From Chthoniobacterales bacterium (GTDB lineage Bacteria; Verrucomicrobiota; Verrucomicrobiia; Chthoniobacterales; JBKEAD01), in the NCBI GenBank assembly GCA_047971915.1, contig JBKEAD010000240.1, positions 1,133-65,132 on the forward strand: a DNA stretch of 64,000 nucleotides, written 5' to 3'. The notes beneath the pieces were generated by a model. That model had not been told where the DNA came from. It searched no databases and saw only the letters and a list, made by a program, of their open reading frames with translations. Made by a program: the position numbers and the translations under genes. Positions 25,571 to 34,644 of this stretch are shown here, one piece after another (position 1 is the first letter of the stretch; each line of letters starts with the position of its first letter).

Positions 25571-26754
25571 CGTGCCTTTGGGGGCAACTGAGCACAGCTC
25601 ACTCCTTCGACCTCGCCGGGTGGAATGAGTTCCTGAAGTGGACTTTGTGCCGATTTGGTAATCAAAGCAACTACCTCCTTGAGGCCGCGCGGTACGATTT
25701 CATCCGGGTAAAGATAAGCCGTCCAGCGTAGGGCAAGTTTGTTCAACATGGCTTTTTCTGTGACTAATACAACGGAAAGTTCTGATGGGATGTGGATGGA
25801 GGCACGCTGAATTGCATTTTCGAAAGGAATCGAAAAGGCACTGCCAGCCACGACAGCCGCCGTGAATTTGTAGTTCTTTAAAAATGCCTGAATTACTTTT
25901 TCCAGATATGACGGATCCAAGTCATTATCAAAAAAGCAATCCTCTTTACGCAGCGGAAGCCCGGCTTCCTCCAGTGCGTTTTGATACCCCTGATAGGCCA
26001 TATTCATAAAGTCCTGATCGATAAAACCCGATATGTAACCAATCCGCTTGTGCCCGGCTTTCAGCAGTTTTTTGGTGGCCAGCATCGTCTGGCTAACATG
26101 GTCGGGCGACACAAAATTATATCCTGAATTTTTTAAATTTCGGGATATAACCATCAGTGGTAGTTTAAACGGCAAACTTTTTTCGTTTTTTAGCAGAGCA
26201 TCAATCCATTTCTGAGGTGGGCGATAAAGGATCATTCCATCGTAGCCTATTGGAGGCTCTTTTAGTATCTTTAGGAGATTTTCACTCGTTGGAACGTATC
26301 GGTAATGAACGATTGACTGGGTCTCGGCTTCCGCTTCGTGAATCATATCGTGATGCCGATGTGATACGGAAAAGGAATCTTTATTGAACCGCTCCAAGGC
26401 CAAAATACGAAACTGCCTTTTTTGGGGTGGCTCCAAAACAAAATTTCCGCACCCATGTGTTGCGGAAACATATCGGTGCTCGATGAGGTCGGCCAACGCC
26501 GCCCGGACCGTCCGGCGGCTGACTTTCAAAGTTTCAGATATGACACGCTCAGAAAGCAACATCCACCCTGGTTGTAGCTGACTTGTATCGATCCACTCAC
26601 GGATATGATCTGCCAACCGTCGATACAAAGGCAAGCTGGAATTTTCCTCGCGCAGAATAGGTGCTAATCCGACGAATAAATCGTTTACAATAGCCTTAGA
26701 CGACCTATCCGCGGCATCTTTTTGTTTTTTTAGCGGAGGGGCTGTAGTGGTCAT
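25543..26754 (-). CDS. Hybrid transcriptional regulator: GntR-type wHTH plus LacI/PBP1-type sugar-binding domain (AraR-like architecture)
   Basis: 403 aa. LPLYRRLADHIREWI...LLSERVISETLKVSRRTVRAALADLIEHRYV forms the GntR HTH. The C-terminal ~270 aa look like a periplasmic-binding-protein fold (GHKRIGYISG...). Confidence 0.8.
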   Translation of the reverse strand: MTTTAPPLKKQKDAADRSSKAIVNDLFVGLAPILREENSSLPLYRRLADHIREWIDTSQLQPGWMLLSERVISETLKVSRRTVRAALADLIEHRYVSATHGCGNFVLEPPQKRQFRILALERFNKDSFSVSHRHHDMIHEAEAETQSIVHYRYVPTSENLLKILKEPPIGYDGMILYRPPQKWIDALLKNEKSLPFKLPLMVISRNLKNSGYNFVSPDHVSQTMLATKKLLKAGHKRIGYISGFIDQDFMNMAYQGYQNALEEAGLPLRKEDCFFDNDLDPSYLEKVIQAFLKNYKFTAAVVAGSAFSIPFENAIQRASIHIPSELSVVLVTEKAMLNKLALRWTAYLYPDEIVPRGLKEVVALITKSAQSPLQELIPPGEVEGVSCAQLPPKARQSFSQARL

Positions 26755-26760
26755 TAGATG

Positions 26761-26776
26761 GATACCAGTTAAGACA
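26761..26776 (+). promoter_or_regulatory. Candidate operator site S4 (GATACCAGTTAAGACA)
   Basis: Shares 13/16 positions with S1. It lies 6 nt from the regulator start codon (26754, opposite strand). Confidence 0.35.
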
Positions 26777-26911
26777 AGCTCAAGGCAGGAGACAAGTTTT
26801 TATCCTAATAGGCTGCTAAAAAATACCCTCTGTAAATTGGACGGTTCTTCCCATTTAGAGAAATTCGGTGGTACGCTCTCAATTTTTGAATTTGTATTGA
26901 CGCGCATAAGA

Positions 26912-26927
26912 GATACCAGTAAATACC
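26912..26927 (+). promoter_or_regulatory. Candidate operator site S1 (GATACCAGTAAATACC)
   Basis: Contains the direct repeat ATACC-N5-ATACC. It is 14/16 identical to S2 and ends 4 nt before the DegT-like start codon. Confidence 0.45.
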
Positions 26928-26931
26928 TTTC

Positions 26932-28173
26932 ATGCATTCAACGTTACCTTCCCAAAAACAGTCACCGCAGCTCTCCCAAAAAGATTTTCAACGGGCATTG
27001 CTGGGAGACGCCGAACGCGAAGCGGCACTAAAGGTCATTGACCGGGCGATTGAAAACAAAACCGCTTTTGATCGCTACGGCGGTCAGGAAGTAGAGGCTT
27101 ACGAAAAAGAATTTGCTGCCCACATGGGCACGCGCTTTGCCACGGCGGTAAGCTCTGGGACGGCTGCTGTGCATACTTGTTTGGCTGCGTTGAATCTCGA
27201 ACCCGGCAGCGAAGTTATCTGTCCGCCAATCACTGATCAGGGTGGGATTGGTCCCGTTTTGGCTCAGCTTTGCATTCCGATTTTTGCCGATACCGATCCT
27301 GAAACCTTTAATGTTACGGCAGAATCTATCGAAAATTGTATCACTCCGCAAACTCGCGCAATCGTTGTTGCTCACATTGCTGGCGAACCCTGCGACATGG
27401 AGGCTATTATGGCTGTGGCCGAAAAATACAAACTTCCTGTTATCGAAGATGCAGCTCAGGCGCACGACGCAACATGGCTCGATCGCAAGGTCGGAAGTTT
27501 CGGAACTCTGGGTGCTTTTAGTCTGATGAATGGCAAGCACCACACGTCCGGCGGTCAAGGCGGGATGGTCGTTACCAATGACGAGGCGCTTTATTGGAGG
27601 GCGAAAAGCTTTGCCGACCGTGGAAAAAATTTTGGACAACCCGATGTCGGCGGTTTTATGGGGTTAAATTATCGGATGACCGAACTGGAAGCCGGCATTG
27701 GCCGCGTCCAGCTTCGGCGCCTCCCTGAATTTATCGAAAGTCGTCGCAGACTTGCCGGAATTTTAGAAGAAAGGTTAAAAAGTTCTAAATTGTTTTCACT
27801 GGGTTACATTCCGGAGCAGGCGCAATCCGCCTTTTGGTTTCTCCGAGTCCGAGTCCATCTTACAGGCACATCCACTGACAAAGAAAAAATTATCGCTGCT
27901 TTGCAGAAATACGGCGTGCTGGCAGCACCGACTTATACTTCCATCATTTACGAGCAAACGTGGTTTAAAGACAAACAGACCTTTGGTAGTTCGGAGATTC
28001 CTTGGTCGCTTCCGCAATGCCAGCGCGTGCCGAACTACACACATTGTGCTCCAAACTCAGAACAGGCGATGGCTAACCATATGCTCGTTGTCCTAAACGA
28101 ATCCCTGTCGATTGATACGATTAATCGTATGGCGGATGCGATGCTGAGTGTGGAAAAAGAGCTGCTTTCTTAA
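26932..28173 (+). CDS. DegT/DnrJ/EryC1/StrS-family PLP-dependent aminotransferase
   Basis: 413 aa with DAAQAH and FSLMNGKHHTSGGQGGMVVTND (PLP lysine context). Confidence 0.8.
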   Translation: MHSTLPSQKQSPQLSQKDFQRALLGDAEREAALKVIDRAIENKTAFDRYGGQEVEAYEKEFAAHMGTRFATAVSSGTAAVHTCLAALNLEPGSEVICPPITDQGGIGPVLAQLCIPIFADTDPETFNVTAESIENCITPQTRAIVVAHIAGEPCDMEAIMAVAEKYKLPVIEDAAQAHDATWLDRKVGSFGTLGAFSLMNGKHHTSGGQGGMVVTNDEALYWRAKSFADRGKNFGQPDVGGFMGLNYRMTELEAGIGRVQLRRLPEFIESRRRLAGILEERLKSSKLFSLGYIPEQAQSAFWFLRVRVHLTGTSTDKEKIIAALQKYGVLAAPTYTSIIYEQTWFKDKQTFGSSEIPWSLPQCQRVPNYTHCAPNSEQAMANHMLVVLNESLSIDTINRMADAMLSVEKELLS

Positions 28174-28202
28174 TCGGCTGTTAAGAGTGCTCAGGCTGAT
28201 TG

Positions 28203-28958
28203 CTAAGGCAAAAATGCACCTGCATTTTCGTGTCCGATGCGGTTTTGTGTGCTTGTATCGATCTCGGCATTACAAAGTTTATTCACTGCCGCTTGCGTAT
28301 AAAAAAATGGCGTATGTGAACCGAAAAGCAAACGCTCGGCAGGCGCAGTTTTTAGAAAATCTGCTAAGCCCCCTCCCGGTTCAATAAAGGAAATTTCACA
28401 AAATACATTTGTGGTCATCGTCAGGATCGAACGGGCTTCTGAAGCTGTCGCTCCCGTGATTAAAATCTTCAATTCTGGATAACGTGTTGCAAGCAATACA
28501 ACAAGCTCAGCAGACGGTGTCGGCACTTGCATCAGCGGATATTGGTTTCGCTCGTCCTCGACTCGCAATGTTAGGATGAGAGGAATTTTACATTCTATCA
28601 AAACAGAAACAAACTGCTCAATCGGTAAATCGAGTAGCGAATATTGATGATACGATGGCAAAATCCGAACGGCTTTTGCACCCATTTTTTCCACGGCTCT
28701 TTTCAAACTTTCCCGCCAATTTCCTAGGAGTGGATTCAGCGTTTTTATCGGTGTCACATTTGGAAAATTCCGAAAAGCGGAAAAGAGTCTGGCATCGGGC
28801 ACATCTGGATCGGGAAACAAAATCGACTCTACCGACGAAATCCACGCCTCGTCGGTTCCTTTGGCAGCAAGATGCTCAATCAGCTTCTCTGCCGAAAAAT
28901 CCGAAAAATCCATCCACGGCCAGAACCCATACGAAACATTGGTATCGACTAATTTCAT
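28203..28958 (-). CDS. Amidohydrolase-2-fold protein lacking the canonical metal-binding His pair
   Basis: ~251 aa. It starts MKLVDTNVSYG where the family normally has D.H.H, and ends LFGSHTPF instead of FGSD.P. The start is set at the ATGA overlap with the upstream gene; the track starts at 29006. Confidence 0.55.
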   Translation of the reverse strand: MKLVDTNVSYGFWPWMDFSDFSAEKLIEHLAAKGTDEAWISSVESILFPDPDVPDARLFSAFRNFPNVTPIKTLNPLLGNWRESLKRAVEKMGAKAVRILPSYHQYSLLDLPIEQFVSVLIECKIPLILTLRVEDERNQYPLMQVPTPSAELVVLLATRYPELKILITGATASEARSILTMTTNVFCEISFIEPGGGLADFLKTAPAERLLFGSHTPFFYTQAAVNKLCNAEIDTSTQNRIGHENAGAFLP

Positions 28959-29734
28959 GTCACATCCTCCGAAGAAATTTTTAATAATCGAGCAGCATTG
29001 CGCCACAAAATCAGCTCTCTATCTTGCTCTTTCAGCTTTGCTCCCTGAATACGCCCAAGTTGGCAAGCAAAGTCTCTTATTGGAAAATCTGAACCAAAAA
29101 GGACTCGCTCTGCACCAAGATGTCGCACCGCATACTCGACCATACCGGCAACCGCCGGAGAGCCTGAGGTATCCACGCTCACGTTTGCGTGGTGCTTGAT
29201 GTCGAGCACGCCGCGCATACCTCCCGCCGTCAAATGCGCCATTAAAATCTTTGTATTGGGATGCCTTTTCGCAAGGTGTGCAATGTCTGACGGGTCGGAT
29301 TCTTGCGGCACTTTATGCACGCTTTTATACCAGGCGTGATGCAAAAGAAAGGCATCTCGCGCAGCTAGAAATTCCATAATCGGGTCCAGTCGTGCATCCC
29401 GCGCATTGACCTCGAACTCTAGCTTCACGCCCGATAAGCCAGCCTCCAAACAACGTTCGATTTCTTTGATTAAAAACTTTTCCGGCAACATCGGATTTAA
29501 AAAACACAAGCCGAAAATTTCCCCCGGATGCCGCTGCACTAGCCCAATCGTCGCATCATTGATCGCCTGAATCCCAGCTTCATTTGGGTAAGCATAGAAA
29601 CACCCAAGCAGACACAGCTTGCAAATACCCAGTCGCCCCGCCTTTTCCAGCATCGCATCCCCCTCCTCGGGTCGCGGATGCTGCATCATCTTCCCCTCAT
29701 GCCAGCGCGGATGGGTATGAATATCGATAATCAT
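28955..29734 (-). CDS. Amidohydrolase-2 family metal-dependent hydrolase (TIM barrel)
   Basis: 259 aa with MIIDIHTHP at the N-terminus and VLFGSDFP near the C-terminus. Confidence 0.75.
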   Translation of the reverse strand: MIIDIHTHPRWHEGKMMQHPRPEEGDAMLEKAGRLGICKLCLLGCFYAYPNEAGIQAINDATIGLVQRHPGEIFGLCFLNPMLPEKFLIKEIERCLEAGLSGVKLEFEVNARDARLDPIMEFLAARDAFLLHHAWYKSVHKVPQESDPSDIAHLAKRHPNTKILMAHLTAGGMRGVLDIKHHANVSVDTSGSPAVAGMVEYAVRHLGAERVLFGSDFPIRDFACQLGRIQGAKLKEQDRELILWRNAARLLKISSEDVT

Positions 29735-29735
29735 T

Positions 29736-31658
29736 TCAAAGGGTATCCCCTAAAGAAACTCTGACAATTTCCGAACCGTTCGCAGTCGCCAAAATCGACG
29801 AAGCATCCAGACGCTCAAAAATACGCAGCGGCGGCACCTCGCCCAGAATAGTCGTTTTACCCGTTTCCAAATCGAATAATTGCAAGACCGATCTTTCAGC
29901 AGTTTCAGGAACAGATAACAGCAAAATATTTTCCTCCCAAAAAATACCCGACGTCGGCACCGCTCCTGACCATTTCCGCACGGAGCACTCTCCGCTCTCG
30001 ACATCAAATAAAAAATAGAGCCCCTCACCAAAGCCAAGTAAACGTCCTGCCGGAGAAATATCCAGTGCCAGCAAACTCTTACAAGGCCACGGCTCAGCCG
30101 TTCGGAGTGTTATTTTCCGCTTCGTATCCCAGACATAAATTACGGCATTTTCCGCCTCCGCCACACAGCTTCCCTGATCGCCATGAACCTCCGTCGTGCC
30201 AACCAAAAATTCTCCATACTGAAAACACGAAACCGGATTCTGTGTCGGAACAAAATCCCGAAAAACCTCTCTCTGGCCACTCGCCGGATCAATCGCGGTG
30301 ATCGCGCCGCCCAGTTCCCCATAGTCCGCTCGTGTCGTCACATACAAAAATCGTCCATCATTACAAAAACCCATTGGACGGCTTTGCTTGTGCCCGACTG
30401 AACTCAGCAAACGAGGGTTTTTTCCGAAAACGAAGGGCTCCTTCACCTGCCATGCAAAAACATTTGCATTCACATAAGCCGCGAAATAAACAACGCCATT
30501 CAAATACGTAAAACGCATGATCTGCCCGAGCCTTGGCGTCACCTTGTCCAGCGAGGAATGAGAGACGCCACTCTCCAAATCAACCGAAAAAATCTGACTG
30601 CTGATAAAATGCGCTCCCACCGCCAAGTTGCTGCCGGGAAGTTTTTTTAACGAACAAACATTCATTCCCCAGTCAGACGTATTATCAATCTGCGTGCTCT
30701 GAAGCGGTTCTCCCTTACCGGAAAATTTCACGACCATTCCATTATCGCCGAAGCAGGCGAACGTATCGCGAGCTATTTCAAAAACCCCGCCGTTCGGAAT
30801 ATTTCCGGTCTGCAAGCCCGTCCGAATTTTGCGACAGAGACCATGCGTCAATTCATAAACATCGCTTCTGTAAACACCACACGCCATCAGCCGATCTCCC
30901 TGCCACGCCACCCATCGCAACGTATCCGGTGCCTCTGTAAGAAAATCCGCCTCCCATTCCCCTGTCACAAAATTAAAGGTCCGAATCGTTTCCCCCACAC
31001 TGTAAATCACACGCTCCTCATCCAGCAAACAGAGCGAACGCAACTTGCCTTGATTTTCTTTAGCCACCTTCCAGCGCGAAACAATCTCAGCCTTCACCGG
31101 ATCGTAAATGAGAAACTCCGCCCGCGCTCCATAAAGCAAAACAAGCATCCGCCCATCCGGTAATTCCTGAAATTGATTCGCATACAAACCAAAGGTCACA
31201 TCCGGTGACGGCACGACAATCCGCCACTCACCGCTTGCAATCTCATATTCGACAAACTCCCCCGTCGGATACACTCCAAAGTAAAGTCGCCCGGCACGAC
31301 TCGCGCCACTCCCCCACGCTAAACGACGCGGCGTTTGCCCTGCAAAAGGATCCGCCAAAAGACAAAAGCGTTTCTCCTCAAAAATAAAACGATAAATCCG
31401 TCCTCCGAAAAAGCTCACATAAAGATTCCCATCCGCCCCCAGCACAAAGCCGTAAGGCCCCGATTCCCCTTCGGGCGCGGGGTGCCACTCCGATTCCAGC
31501 GTATCTGTATTCACCAAAAATATCCGCGCATCGCGTCCCTCATCCGAAATATTCATCGCTGCCAGACAGTGCCGCTCCGGCAGAAAAAACGTCTGTGTAT
31601 TCACTAGTGGCAGGCGACACGCAGGCCGTGCAAGCGGCTCAAGGAAAAATGATTTCAT
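29736..31658 (-). CDS. Cytoplasmic beta-propeller repeat protein, unknown function
   Basis: 640 aa with no signal peptide. It has many short beta-strand repeats with G-[DN]-G / Y-V / W motifs, suggesting one or two propellers. No specific family was recognised. Confidence 0.45.
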   Translation of the reverse strand: MKSFFLEPLARPACRLPLVNTQTFFLPERHCLAAMNISDEGRDARIFLVNTDTLESEWHPAPEGESGPYGFVLGADGNLYVSFFGGRIYRFIFEEKRFCLLADPFAGQTPRRLAWGSGASRAGRLYFGVYPTGEFVEYEIASGEWRIVVPSPDVTFGLYANQFQELPDGRMLVLLYGARAEFLIYDPVKAEIVSRWKVAKENQGKLRSLCLLDEERVIYSVGETIRTFNFVTGEWEADFLTEAPDTLRWVAWQGDRLMACGVYRSDVYELTHGLCRKIRTGLQTGNIPNGGVFEIARDTFACFGDNGMVVKFSGKGEPLQSTQIDNTSDWGMNVCSLKKLPGSNLAVGAHFISSQIFSVDLESGVSHSSLDKVTPRLGQIMRFTYLNGVVYFAAYVNANVFAWQVKEPFVFGKNPRLLSSVGHKQSRPMGFCNDGRFLYVTTRADYGELGGAITAIDPASGQREVFRDFVPTQNPVSCFQYGEFLVGTTEVHGDQGSCVAEAENAVIYVWDTKRKITLRTAEPWPCKSLLALDISPAGRLLGFGEGLYFLFDVESGECSVRKWSGAVPTSGIFWEENILLLSVPETAERSVLQLFDLETGKTTILGEVPPLRIFERLDASSILATANGSEIVRVSLGDTL

Positions 31659-31729
31659 ATTTTTAAAATTTGCAAAATAAAGCCTTCAATCATCATACAG
31701 GACAAGGGGGACAATAGACAATCCTATAA

Positions 31730-31745
31730 GATACCAGCAGATACC
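31730..31745 (+). promoter_or_regulatory. Candidate operator site S2 (GATACCAGCAGATACC)
   Basis: Contains ATACC-N5-ATACC. It lies 72 nt upstream of the beta-propeller operon start (31658, minus strand). The flanking ATAAG is also shared with S1. Confidence 0.45.
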
Positions 31746-31904
31746 TCGCGGTGTATTCATGCAAGATATAACTTTAAAAAAACCGCTATAAAAAATGTGA
31801 AGCGGAAAATTTCAAACAATTTTCAGACGGTTTTTTAAAAAGCAGGAGGAGGCGGATTACGAAAGCACACTTGATCGCTAGGAGCATTCATATAGGCTGG
31901 GAGT

Positions 31905-32504
31905 ATGAATTTTCTCAAACTTGCTCAGACCCGCTACGCCACCAAACGCTATAATCCCGAAAAGGATATTCCGGAGGAAAAAATAAATGAACTCAAGGAG
32001 GTGCTGCGGCTTACTCCCTCATCCATTAATTGCCAGCCGTGGAGATTTACTTTTGTTCGAGATAAGGCACTAAAAGAGCGGCTTTCAGAGGTCTCTATGC
32101 ACAACACGCACAAGATTCAACAGGCACCATTACTCATTGTTTTCAGCGTTATCGACGACATTGTTGCCTTTGAAAAATGGGCGAACAGCGAATGGGAAGA
32201 GCGCATGATCGGAATGTATAATGCGGCCCGTCCATCGATGAGTGACGAGGAGATAAAAGTTTGGTTTTCCCGTCAGCTTTACATTTCTCTGGGCTACTGC
32301 ATGGCGGCTTGTGTCGCGATGGAGCTTGATTCGACGCCGATGGAAGGTATCGAGCAGGATAAATATGCAGAGATTTTGGATTCCGCGCCCTATCGACCAC
32401 TTTTTGCGGTGAGTGTTGGCTATCGTGTCGACGACGACGAAAATGATCCTAAACGCAACCCCAAAACCCGCCGAAAGCTTGCCGATGTCGTGGAGGCGAA
32501 GTAG
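31905..32504 (+). CDS. NAD(P)H nitroreductase family protein
   Basis: 199 aa with RYATKRY, LTPSSINCQPWRF and PMEG, typical of the NfsB/NfnB-like family. Confidence 0.8.
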   Translation: MNFLKLAQTRYATKRYNPEKDIPEEKINELKEVLRLTPSSINCQPWRFTFVRDKALKERLSEVSMHNTHKIQQAPLLIVFSVIDDIVAFEKWANSEWEERMIGMYNAARPSMSDEEIKVWFSRQLYISLGYCMAACVAMELDSTPMEGIEQDKYAEILDSAPYRPLFAVSVGYRVDDDENDPKRNPKTRRKLADVVEAK

Positions 32505-32550
32505 TGAGCGGTGAGCAGTGAGCGGTGGTTCATTGCTTATTGTTTGCCGG

Positions 32551-32588
32551 GGTAGGGTCGCTTTGATAAAGCGACCGCGCCCACTTTT
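32551..32588 (+). terminator. Hairpin element, copy A (GGTAGGGTCGCTTT-gat-AAAGCGACC..CCC) followed by CTTTT
   Basis: A perfect 9-bp core stem (32556-32564 / 32568-32576) has an outer GGG/CCC extension. It lies 47 nt after the nitroreductase stop. A related copy is at 61274-61304. Confidence 0.45.
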
Positions 32589-32661
32589 CATCACACCCGG
32601 TTTGCGGGAAAGTTATTGTTTTCTGCTTGCAAACGGGGGCGTCTCATTCACATCTTTCGGG

Positions 32662-33765
32662 ATGCGCCAAACTCTATTGGTAGTCTTTTTTTCCATGCTG
32701 TGGAGTGTGGCCTATGGCCAGTGGAATATCACGAACCACGGTGGGCGGCGCTATGTCTCGGTTCGTGATGTTGGGAATTTTTATCAACTTCGTCTTTCGT
32801 CGGCATCGGGTGGCAAATCTTTTCATTTATCGGGGGGAGGGCGTTCGCTCCAAGGGCGGACAGGCGAAAAATCCGTTTATATAAATGGCGTGAAGCATGC
32901 GCTCTGTTTTCCGACAATTCCCCGCGGAGGGACGGTGCTGATCTCGGCTATGGATGTCACGAAAATCATCGAGCCAGTTTTGCGTCCGGGAAAAATAAAA
33001 AACGCCACGCAGGTGAGGACGGTTATTTTGGATGCAGGACATGGTGGGCATGACTCGGGAGCGACCAGTCGTTTCGGACGTGAGAAAACACACGCGCTTG
33101 ATGTCGCATTGCGAGCCAGGAGGCTGCTGCTGGCGCGGGGGTATGATGTGAAGATGACGCGTTCGCGGGATGTTTTTATCCCTTTGGAAAAACGGGCGGC
33201 CTTTGCTAATCGTTTCCGCAATGCGATTTTTGTGAGCATTCATTTTAATAAAGGTAAATCAGGTGGCGGCACGGGGCTAGAGACCTTTTGCCTAGCTCCT
33301 CGCGGTGTGCCGTCTATGGATGACCGTTCCGTGACGGTAAATGCTCTTCGCGCCTATCCGGGGCATGGGCGAGATGCGGAAAATGTTTTGCTTGCTACGG
33401 CTCTGCATTCCAATTTGCTAAAGTTTTTGCGGCTTCCGGATCGTGGTGTGAAGCGTGCGCGATTTCACGTCATTCGAGAAACGCGGATTCCGAGTGTGCT
33501 TGTTGAGGGCGGATTTATGGACATGGATGGTCGGCGTATTTCCAGTCCACAGTATCGGCAAAATATGGCACAAGCGATTGTCAATGGGATTGTTTCTTTC
33601 CAACAGGCCGTGCGGGGACGCTTGGCGTCGGCAGTTCCTAATATCGTGGCCACCGGTGCGGATCGCACGACGGCACCAGCTTTTCCCGGAGTCGGTTCAC
33701 GGACGGAAATTTCGGAGGCGGTAAAGAATATCCAAATTCGTGGAAAGGATGATAAAACACCGTGA
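32662..33765 (+). CDS. N-acetylmuramoyl-L-alanine amidase (Amidase_3)
   Basis: It has ILDAGHGGHDSGA, VSIHFN and a signal peptide MRQTLLVVFFSMLWSVAYGQ. The start is moved from the track's 32518 because that upstream extension contains the terminator hairpin. Confidence 0.8.
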   Translation: MRQTLLVVFFSMLWSVAYGQWNITNHGGRRYVSVRDVGNFYQLRLSSASGGKSFHLSGGGRSLQGRTGEKSVYINGVKHALCFPTIPRGGTVLISAMDVTKIIEPVLRPGKIKNATQVRTVILDAGHGGHDSGATSRFGREKTHALDVALRARRLLLARGYDVKMTRSRDVFIPLEKRAAFANRFRNAIFVSIHFNKGKSGGGTGLETFCLAPRGVPSMDDRSVTVNALRAYPGHGRDAENVLLATALHSNLLKFLRLPDRGVKRARFHVIRETRIPSVLVEGGFMDMDGRRISSPQYRQNMAQAIVNGIVSFQQAVRGRLASAVPNIVATGADRTTAPAFPGVGSRTEISEAVKNIQIRGKDDKTP

Positions 33766-34613
33766 AAGCTTCCGCTCCGATAGGAGTTTTCGATTCAGGA
33801 ATTGGTGGTTTGACCGTAGTATCGGCTCTGCGAATGCTGCTTCCGGAGGAAGATATTATTTATTTTGGAGATACAGCGCGTGTGCCCTATGGTGGGCGTA
33901 GTCCGCAGACGATTGAGCGTTACAGCTTAGAAATTGCAAATTTTTTGGAGGCGCAAGGTGCAAAAATAATCGTTGTAGCCTGCAATACAGCATCGGCTTT
34001 GGCGATACCGGCTCTTGAGTCGGCTCTATCCATCCCCGTCATCGGCGTGGTCGATCCGGGGGCGGCAGCGGCGGTCGCTTCTACGCGCAATCGCAGGGTG
34101 GGGATCATCGGCACTCGGGCGACGATAGCGAGTGGAGCCTATGCCAAAGCGATTGCGCGACTCGCACCGGAAGTCGAAACCGTGAGTCAGGCAAGCCCAC
34201 TTTTGGTGCCGCTGATTGAAGAGGGCCTCTTAGATCACAGCGTAACCTTTACAATGATCCGCAGTTATTTGGAGGAGCCTTTCGCACGGGGGATCGACAC
34301 GCTCGTTTTGGGTTGCACACATTATCCCCTTTTAAAAAAGACGATTGCCGAGGTGGCGGGAGCTTCTGTGACCCTAGTTGATTCCGCGACAAATTGTGCC
34401 CAAGCCGTAAAAAATTTATTGGGAGAAAAAAATGTTTTGCGTGCCTTCAGAGCGGAGGGAGAGATTGCCAATGCCGATAGATTGCGTATAGTGCTGACAG
34501 ATCGTGCCGGACATTTCTTACCCGTTGCAAAAGCGACCTTGGGCTTGCATAGCAAGCACATGGAACTTTGCGACCTCCAGACGGGTGAGTTAACAGAGAT
34601 TCCGGTGGATTAG
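33762..34613 (+). CDS. murI: Glutamate racemase
   Basis: 283 aa with GVFDSGIGGLTV, VVACNTAS and LGCTHYP. 4-nt overlap with the amidase gene. Confidence 0.9.
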   Translation: MKASAPIGVFDSGIGGLTVVSALRMLLPEEDIIYFGDTARVPYGGRSPQTIERYSLEIANFLEAQGAKIIVVACNTASALAIPALESALSIPVIGVVDPGAAAAVASTRNRRVGIIGTRATIASGAYAKAIARLAPEVETVSQASPLLVPLIEEGLLDHSVTFTMIRSYLEEPFARGIDTLVLGCTHYPLLKKTIAEVAGASVTLVDSATNCAQAVKNLLGEKNVLRAFRAEGEIANADRLRIVLTDRAGHFLPVAKATLGLHSKHMELCDLQTGELTEIPVD

Positions 34614-34644
34614 ATTTTGAACATTATATTTTTGGAGAAACGAA

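Noticed and set aside
32518-32661. A 48-codon N-terminal extension of the amidase ORF in the track.
   Set aside because: The extension contains the nitroreductase terminator-like hairpin and a TTG-type start. A good signal peptide begins at the ATG at 32662.
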